13,065 nucleotides of DNA from Promethearchaeota archaeon (GTDB taxonomy: Archaea; Asgardarchaeota; Odinarchaeia; Odinarchaeales; JBHLKK01), in NCBI GenBank assembly GCA_048939465.1, contig JBHLPL010000052.1:1-13065 (forward strand), written 5' to 3'. A program made the position numbers and the translations under genes. The notes under the pieces are model-generated. The model saw nothing but the letters and a program-made list of their open reading frames with translations. It did no database searches and was not told the DNA's origin. Of the stretch, positions 7,922 to 13,065 are shown piece by piece. The first letter of the stretch is position 1. Every line of letters starts with the position of its first letter.

Positions 7922-8088
7922 TTGTTGGGTTCCCATCCTACACTCCACATTGTCTCTTACCACGCTTAGTTTTACCAACGGAACATAACCAAAACCACAT
8001 GGTACGATGGTCTTAGGAGTAAGATATTGCTGATGCCCAGATACGAACCGAAAGATATTCCCAAGGTACTTTTTAAGGTATCACGATT

Positions 8089-8487
8089 GTGATTCGTTTA
8101 ACGCAACAAGGTAAAAGTTCAAAAGAAGGTGTTGAACTTAGCTTTTTGAGGGAATACATTCTGAAAATAGCAAAGAAAGCAAAATATTCCAAATTTCCTG
8201 CCGTAATTAAGAAAATTGTCTTGGTTGTGTTCGTTATATTGATTTTCGATATTCTGGTAGCGGGCATATGGACCTTTTTGGATAAAGGAAATTGGTTTTT
8301 CTCTGACAAGTCTCAAGTACGCATATTAAGCGACCTATTGTTTATCGAAGGAGCAATAACCTTTGCTGTTGGTGCCTTTGTCGCGTTAGGAATGTCTAAG
8401 ACGATGCTGGCTACATGCGCGCGCGTGATGATCATCGGAGCAAGCCTAATGGGATCATCCATGGCGATTGGCATGTTGCTCCTTTAA
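8089..8487 (+). CDS. Small hypothetical membrane protein (about 3 TM helices)
   Basis: 132-aa ORF with hydrophobic segments (IVLVVFVILIFDILVAGIWTFL; LLFIEGAITFAVGAFVALGM; VMIIGASLMGSSMAIGMLLL) and a basic N-region. TATA-like TTTTTAAG at about 8070-8077. Alternative start TTG 8146 after AGGTG. No family recognised. Confidence 0.65.
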   Translation: MIRLTQQGKSSKEGVELSFLREYILKIAKKAKYSKFPAVIKKIVLVVFVILIFDILVAGIWTFLDKGNWFFSDKSQVRILSDLLFIEGAITFAVGAFVALGMSKTMLATCARVMIIGASLMGSSMAIGMLLL

Positions 8488-8528
8488 ATGCTCGATGAAA
8501 CAATAAGTCCAAGGAAAACGTGTTCGGA

Positions 8529-9305
8529 TTACTGTTTTCCTCCGCGTTCGAGTACCCCTCGGATGAATTTCCTTATCTTACGAAATAGGTTTTTAGCCAC
8601 CAATTCTGGCAAGTAAAGAAGAATTCCTGGTAGGATTATGGCGATAAACACGGCGAGGGCATTAACGGATTCAACTGCCTGGAAAAGCGTGTATCTCATG
8701 TATAATGCAAGGGCGTAACAAAAACTGTCGAAGATTTGAGGAATAAATGGTCCAACTACGACGAACGTAGCTCCGACTATGAGGAATCGTGTGGTTGCCA
8801 TTTCGAAGGCTTGCTTTGCAATCTCCATATAGCTTTGGTCCTCTTCGACGAGTTGACCTAGCGTAACCTTTTGAACTGCCTTGCTGTAACCATATGCTTC
8901 AAGGGCATCTGTTTCAAGAATGATTGCAGCTCCTATTAAACCTATCAATAAAGTGTATCCAGCGTTTTGAAAAATGATCAGAAGAGCAAGGCCCATAGCC
9001 ACGGATAGAAATCCTATGCACATTATCAAGAAGCCCCCAACACCTATCGCACCGATAAGCCGCGCGACCGGGCTTCTCGATTTCATAGAATTACTTATCA
9101 CCCACCTATAACTATAACAAGGTCTCCAATTGCCTTCGTTCAGCGTTGCTCTATTTCTTAGAGCCTCTTGCAAAGCTTCCGATTTGCCACTAATCTTTCG
9201 AGCCTGCTTTACAGATGCAAAAGCTGAAAGAAAAAAGGCTACGCCGAAAAATTCCATGAGAGCTATCGCAACGATGTTGATGTCTATAGGCAATGATGCA
9301 ACCAA
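8529..9305 (-). CDS. Hypothetical polytopic membrane protein (about 5-6 TM helices)
   Basis: 258-aa ORF with an N-terminal TM, a polar loop, a TM hairpin (LIGAIGVGG..LLIGLIGAAIIL), further TMs and a basic C-terminal tail. TTG start; the exact start is uncertain. Confidence 0.75.
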   Translation of the reverse strand: MVASLPIDINIVAIALMEFFGVAFFLSAFASVKQARKISGKSEALQEALRNRATLNEGNWRPCYSYRWVISNSMKSRSPVARLIGAIGVGGFLIMCIGFLSVAMGLALLIIFQNAGYTLLIGLIGAAIILETDALEAYGYSKAVQKVTLGQLVEEDQSYMEIAKQAFEMATTRFLIVGATFVVVGPFIPQIFDSFCYALALYMRYTLFQAVESVNALAVFIAIILPGILLYLPELVAKNLFRKIRKFIRGVLERGGKQ

Positions 9306-9323
9306 GGAAAAGTTCGAATCCTT

Positions 9324-9343
9324 AGATTTAAATCTTCTTCGTG
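9324..9343 (-). promoter_or_regulatory. Candidate BRE-TATA promoter for the 8529-9305 gene
   Basis: The minus strand reads GAAGAAGA-TTTAAA-TCT, a purine-rich BRE plus TTTAAA, 21 nt before the TTG at 9305. The TATA lies inside the perfect palindrome AGATTTAAATCT (9324-9335). Confidence 0.5.
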
Positions 9344-9565
9344 CAAACCGTAAAACAACCTTGCGATCATCGCATCATCATTAAGAACGAGCCAATAACA
9401 ATCGCGAGCGCATTTATATTATCAGTGTAATTCCTGCAATGAGAAAAGAAAATAGGTGTGACCTTGGATGGTAGGCAGCCCAATTACATGATATGGATTC
9501 TATCTTGGGTGTCCGAGCGCCGTAAAAAGTAAATACTCCTCCACATCTTACATCATAGACGTAAA

Positions 9566-10009
9566 ATGAGAAGTAAACGCAAGAAGGGAAGAAGAAATAA
9601 CAAACGAATATTAATTCCGTTGCTTCTCGTACTCGTTATTATTATAGCTATAGCAGTAGCATTATTCCGAGATCAGTCGGGACAGCCGAAACATACAGCT
9701 GAAGAATATTTTGAGATTTCCAACGTAAATTATGAAGGATGGAAGGATGAGAATTCGGATCTATGGGTGACTTTTATATCATTCAATCTTTCAGCTATTG
9801 AAGGAGACGCCCACGAGGTGTATGTTACACCTGTTTCGGGAATGACAGATCCCACAGAGGTAGGAACAATCAAGGAAGGAACCTCTAAGACAGTACTCAT
9901 CCAACTTAGCATGGCTGTTTATATCCATCCTAAAGAAGAAGGATTTCCTTTTCCAATTACGATCACCTGCCATGAAGCAAGGGGAAAGATCACTATTACT
10001 CTCAAGTGA
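9566..10009 (+). CDS. Hypothetical single-pass membrane protein with an external beta-rich domain
   Basis: 147 aa. Very basic N-region MRSKRKKGRRNNKR, TM ILIPLLLVLVIIIAIAVALF, then alternating beta-strand-like segments. T-run at 10025-10029 after the stop. Confidence 0.75.
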   Translation: MRSKRKKGRRNNKRILIPLLLVLVIIIAIAVALFRDQSGQPKHTAEEYFEISNVNYEGWKDENSDLWVTFISFNLSAIEGDAHEVYVTPVSGMTDPTEVGTIKEGTSKTVLIQLSMAVYIHPKEEGFPFPITITCHEARGKITITLK

Positions 10010-10176
10010 AGATAGACATCATGATTTTTCCGTCTGGAGAATTTACTAAACCAACTGCGCAACTTTCCATGATATATCCTATGCGCGTGCGATCATAATC
10101 TGGGCATCATTCCAGCAAAAAGAAAGCCATTTGTGCACGCACAATATAGTGCCAACAAACTCTCGCATGCATGCAT

Positions 10177-10271
10177 ATGCGCCTGTACCATCTCTCCATC
10201 ATACCTGAACTCAGCCATACATTTTCCCCTAGGTCTTCAAGGATTTCAATAGGCGAGCCTAGTCGTTCAGC
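10177..10271 (-). pseudogene. Frameshifted remnant of an ATP-dependent DNA ligase gene (motif I region)
   Basis: Aligns to lig 12301-12396. 10236-10271 matches 12361-12396 at 34/36 nt; 10177-10227 matches 12301-12351 at 37/51 nt; a 1-nt deletion lies between them. It translates as AERLGSPIEILE..(frameshift)..GKCMAEFRYDGEMVQAH, versus AERLGSPVEILE..GKCIAEFKYDGERIQAH in lig. Confidence 0.85.
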
Positions 10272-10432
10272 CATGCATTCTGTTCGTATGCAACAGGTTA
10301 ACCCTTCAATTGTCAGGTGCGATATCATCCATGGCTCTCACCATGCAATGGATTTTCCGCGCAATTCTCCAACCAACAAAATATTTAAGATTGAGAATAC
10401 ACTTTATTTGTTGGGAGGAAAATAGAATCTAT

Positions 10433-10717
10433 TTGACGAATCTCTTTCCATTTCTTGCGTTTAAGAATAGAGATAGAGTCACTATAATTGCGGACATTCT
10501 AAAATCAGTTAGTGAAAACGGGAAAGGCAAGAGAAAAACGAGCATAATGCAAAGTGCCAATCTGAACTACCCTCTTGTGAACAAATACCTTGAACTACTG
10601 ATGCGCAATGGGTACGTAGTACTTGACGACGGACGCATGTACAAACCAACCAGTAAGGGATTAAGGTTCTTGCAAAATCTTGAAACCGACGTTCTAAAGC
10701 TAACATATAGAACCTGA
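10433..10717 (+). CDS. Winged helix-turn-helix transcriptional regulator (archaeal HTH_45-like)
   Basis: RDRVTIIADIL...KTSIMQSANLNYPLVNKYLELLMRNGYV....YKPTSKGLRFL matches the small archaeal wHTH pattern. The start is probably TTG 10433 (TATA-like TTTAAG 10384-10389, GGGAGG 10413-10418), not the ORF-track start 10310. Confidence 0.85.
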   Translation: MTNLFPFLAFKNRDRVTIIADILKSVSENGKGKRKTSIMQSANLNYPLVNKYLELLMRNGYVVLDDGRMYKPTSKGLRFLQNLETDVLKLTYRT

Positions 10718-10848
10718 GCATTACAAGCCTAGATAAGCTACATATACATGGATTCGGAACAACCGTGCTGAACACTGTAAAAGAACAGTGCGCGCATGCA
10801 GAGCAACCTAGATCCGGTAACCCTTTAAAATACCATGGAAATCTTTAC

Positions 10849-11259
10849 ATGAAGCTGAAGATGCAAAGAAACTGGACAAAGAAAAACGTGGAGTTAGCCT
10901 TACTCACCACACGCATAGGTGATTTCTTCAAGCAGAAAGACTTCGAAGCAATAAAAGGAAAAATACCGACAGGCTACCAAATTCTTGCAGAGGACTCACC
11001 ACACTTTAAGATACATGGATACGCAAGCGTAACTATAGAAGGAAAAACACAAGATTTCACCGTGAAGCTTGAACATTGCGGGAATAACAAAAAGAGCTCT
11101 TGGCTTTCGCCCTTTTTGTTAAATATGCTTGGCGGTGGATATTTCTTTTTGCAACAACTGAAGTCAAAGGAGGCTTGGATAAAACTGGAAAAGGAATTCT
11201 GGAGACACGTGGAAAACGTTGTGCTGCAATTAACTAACTCAGCAGAACTTTCAACATGA
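10849..11259 (+). CDS. Hypothetical protein (about 136 aa, alpha/beta)
   Basis: Protein-like composition from ATG 10849 (or 10861). TATA-like TTTAAAAT at 10824-10831 is positioned for a leaderless or short-leader transcript, so the ORF-track GTG start at 10765 is probably too early. Confidence 0.7.
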   Translation: MKLKMQRNWTKKNVELALLTTRIGDFFKQKDFEAIKGKIPTGYQILAEDSPHFKIHGYASVTIEGKTQDFTVKLEHCGNNKKSSWLSPFLLNMLGGGYFFLQQLKSKEAWIKLEKEFWRHVENVVLQLTNSAELST

Positions 11260-11319
11260 CTATCGGAATAGAACTCATAGAAGCCAAGGCATCATTCGGC
11301 TGAATCTTGTACACCGTCT

Positions 11320-13065
11320 TCAGCTTTCGTCCACCTTCTTTAATTGACTCTGGTACATCTGCGTTATTTCTTTAACCGTTGTTGCGTCTTCAGCAGACTT
11401 GTCCAATCGATAATTCCGAGTGAATCGCGGGAATCTTATGGCAAGTCCGCTTCCCTTTCGAATAACATCTAGGGCGCAGGTGTGGATAGGGCTAAGCGTT
11501 ATTTCCGCGCCAATAGTTTCTATGACAACTTTTGGCTCGAACCAAACATCTGCCTCAATGGTTGAGTGAACTCTCGGATGTCGATGAGGTATTCTGTGTT
11601 TTTCCATTATCTTAGGAAGTTTTTCCAAGTCTTCGTCTGTGAATCCCGTTCCGCATTTGGTGACTGTCTTGAACATGTCTTCTTCAGGGTCGTATGCGGC
11701 TAAGAGTAGGGCTCCGTATGTTCCGGCTCTTTTCCCCCTCCCATGGAACGCTCCTACGACTACTAAGTCGACTGTGTCTGTCATTTCACTCTTGTAATCT
11801 CGCTTATATTTTATCCAGAGCCACCCCCTTGCCCCCGCCTGATAAACAGCATCTCCAGTCAACGACTTGCAGATTAATCCTTCACATCCACTTTCTACAG
11901 CTTTTTCAAAGAATCTCTCTAATTCATCTGGATCATCAGTAACAAGATATTCAGCTACGCTGACACGGGCACTCTCTTTGACAACTTTTTCAAGGTGTTC
12001 ATGTCTAATAGGGTATGGTTTTAGGGTCAGGTCTTTTCCATCAATGTACAAAGCGTCGAACATAAAAAGTGAGACAGGATATTCTTTCATAGCTTTTTTT
12101 ATGCCATATTTTCGCCTTCTGTGCATCAATTCTTGGAAAGGCTTCATTTCACCAGTGTCTGGATCGATTGCTACACATTCAGCTTCGATGATAGCGTCCT
12201 CTGCCTTCACATATTTCCTGACTAGTTCGCTGCCGTCAGGATACTGAGCTGTTATGTCTTCCAGTCGCCGAGAGAATAAGATGACATTGTCTGTCTGCTT
12301 GTGGGCTTGTATTCTCTCTCCGTCGTATTTGAATTCGGCTATGCATTTTCCTCCGACCTTTTCAAGGATTTCAACGGGCGAGCCTAGTCGTTCAGCTAAC
12401 ATGGGTCTAATAGGTTCTCCGAGCGAAACTTCAAACTTTTTAACGCCCTCTATTCCCTGCTGTACAACTGTTTTTGCTACTCTGCCCAAATCAGACGAAA
12501 TGTTGTACGCCCGCTCCAAATATTTCCGAGCTTCTTTTCCTCCGCCAAACGCAACAGCCAATGCATCGAGAACCGTCATGTCGGCAATTCCCAATCTCAG
12601 TTTGCCTGTGACCGTGCGAATGACATACTTTCCCTCCTTAGAAGTAGCATTTGCCAACAGACCGGCCAAGAGGCTTGTCTTCAGTTCAATAGACCCAGGA
12701 CCTGCAGCTTTTGCCATCTTATCTAGGTTTGAATACACATTGTGAACGGTCAGTTGTTCTTGAAAAAACGTTCTTTGAGTTTTCTTTTCCAGAAATTTCT
12801 CGGTGGTCTCACCCAAGTCCCCTGTTTTTTTCACATGTTCTTCGATTTCTTTTTCGCTGTAACCCGTTGCTTTGGCGACCGCACGTATAGCTAACTTCTC
12901 TGCAATCCCCATCTCAATTCCAACAAAGTCGGGATAGAGTTTCCCTTGTGTCAAGTAGACAACTTTGTCAATTAGGTCTTTAGAAGTCTGTTTGAGGAGT
13001 TTGACTAAGAGGTCTGTCATTTCCAGCCTTTTAGTTGTGGCTTCAATTTCTTCGTAGACCTCTGC
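11320..13065 (-). CDS. lig: ATP-dependent DNA ligase (archaeal), 5'-truncated by the window edge
   Basis: The frame stays open to the window edge (AEVYEEIEATTKRLE precedes the ORF-track Met). Motif I EFKYDGER, III IIEAEC, IIIa LFMFDALY, IV EGLICK, V WIKYKRDY, VI RFPRF. N-terminal DNA-binding domain (LRLGIADMTVLDALA). QRTFF segment (12777-12763) resembles the QKSFF PCNA-interaction motif of Pyrococcus ligase. Confidence 0.98.
   Translation of the reverse strand, partial: AEVYEEIEATTKRLEMTDLLVKLLKQTSKDLIDKVVYLTQGKLYPDFVGIEMGIAEKLAIRAVAKATGYSEKEIEEHVKKTGDLGETTEKFLEKKTQRTFFQEQLTVHNVYSNLDKMAKAAGPGSIELKTSLLAGLLANATSKEGKYVIRTVTGKLRLGIADMTVLDALAVAFGGGKEARKYLERAYNISSDLGRVAKTVVQQGIEGVKKFEVSLGEPIRPMLAERLGSPVEILEKVGGKCIAEFKYDGERIQAHKQTDNVILFSRRLEDITAQYPDGSELVRKYVKAEDAIIEAECVAIDPDTGEMKPFQELMHRRRKYGIKKAMKEYPVSLFMFDALYIDGKDLTLKPYPIRHEHLEKVVKESARVSVAEYLVTDDPDELERFFEKAVESGCEGLICKSLTGDAVYQAGARGWLWIKYKRDYKSEMTDTVDLVVVGAFHGRGKRAGTYGALLLAAYDPEEDMFKTVTKCGTGFTDEDLEKLPKIMEKHRIPHRHPRVHSTIEADVWFEPKVVIETIGAEITLSPIHTCALDVIRKGSGLAIRFPRFTRNYRLDKSAEDATTVKEITQMYQSQLKKVDES

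Noticed and set aside
2919-7978. ORFs 2919..3113, 3589..3831, 3859..4122, 5846..6055 and 7712..7978
   Set aside because: Shadow ORFs overlapping the FxLYD or opp genes, with no independent support.
8001-8040. GATGG...GCTGATG resembling a fluoride (crcB) riboswitch
   Set aside because: The required pseudoknot pairing (GGAGU/ACUCC-type) and the P1 stem are absent, and no fluoride-related gene is recognisable downstream. Only a 5-bp TCTTA/TAAGA hairpin is present.
9375-9381. C-box-like ATGATGA on the minus strand (possible C/D sRNA)
   Set aside because: No CTGA D box at a suitable distance downstream.
9426-9488. Imperfect long-range stem TGTAATT-CCTGC ... GCAG-CCC-AATTACA
   Set aside because: Short, bulged and A/T-rich, with no resemblance to an RNA family I can recognise. 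Unsupported without covariation data.
9566-9660. Twin-arginine or class III (pilin-like) signal in the 147-aa protein
   Set aside because: GRRNNKR lacks the S/T-R-R-x-F-L Tat consensus, and KKG is followed by charged residues rather than the hydrophobic stretch needed for prepilin cleavage.
10020-10164. Further extension of the ligase remnant (IMESCAVGLVNSPDGKIM vs IIEAECVAIDPDTGEM)
   Set aside because: Similarity is weak and needs several indels; I cannot distinguish it from chance by eye. A tblastn/HMM alignment would decide.
10236-10271. 36-bp repeat as a CRISPR spacer/repeat or as an antisense 5'UTR regulating lig
   Set aside because: There are only two copies 2.1 kb apart, codon-level homology continues beyond the 36 bp, and no array or cas genes are present. 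The wHTH promoter appears to lie downstream (about 10384), so the repeat is probably not in that transcript.
10107-10425. ORFs 10107..10328 (-) and 10171..10425 (+) as real genes
   Set aside because: Both are explained by the ligase remnant: the first is its sense frame up to the frameshift, the second mirrors the antisense shadow ORF of lig (12254..12745).
8073-10775. ORFs 8073..8309, 8119..8316, 9130..9384, 9730..9912, 9791..9973 and 10509..10775
   Set aside because: They overlap better-supported CDSs on the opposite strand and lack protein-like features.
11694-12745. Plus-strand ORFs 11694..11942, 11867..12247 and 12254..12745
   Set aside because: Antisense shadows of the DNA ligase gene.

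Overview
Archaeal chromosomal window; the gene content and style suggest a Bathyarchaeia-like lineage, which is inference. Left 8 kb: a complete family-5 (Opp/Dpp/Nik-type) ABC importer. Its substrate-binding protein (SBP) is encoded divergently from the permease-permease-ATPase-ATPase operon. The SBP has a cleavable-looking signal peptide, no lipobox and no C-terminal TM anchor, but ends in a two-loop Ca-binding dockerin-like domain. A membrane-anchored protein with two FxLYD-type domains sits between the SBP and the permeases. 8-11.3 kb: three uncharacterised membrane proteins, a winged-helix regulator and a small hypothetical protein. Right end: archaeal ATP-dependent DNA ligase, 5'-truncated by the window. 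An unannotated, frameshifted copy of the ligase motif-I region lies at 10177-10271, about 2.1 kb from the matching part of the intact gene. It has an abrupt identity step, strongly third-position-biased divergence, and both key motif-I residues changed. Long alternating purine-pyrimidine tracts cluster in several intergenic regions. No rRNA, tRNA, CRISPR array, transposase or integrase was recognised.
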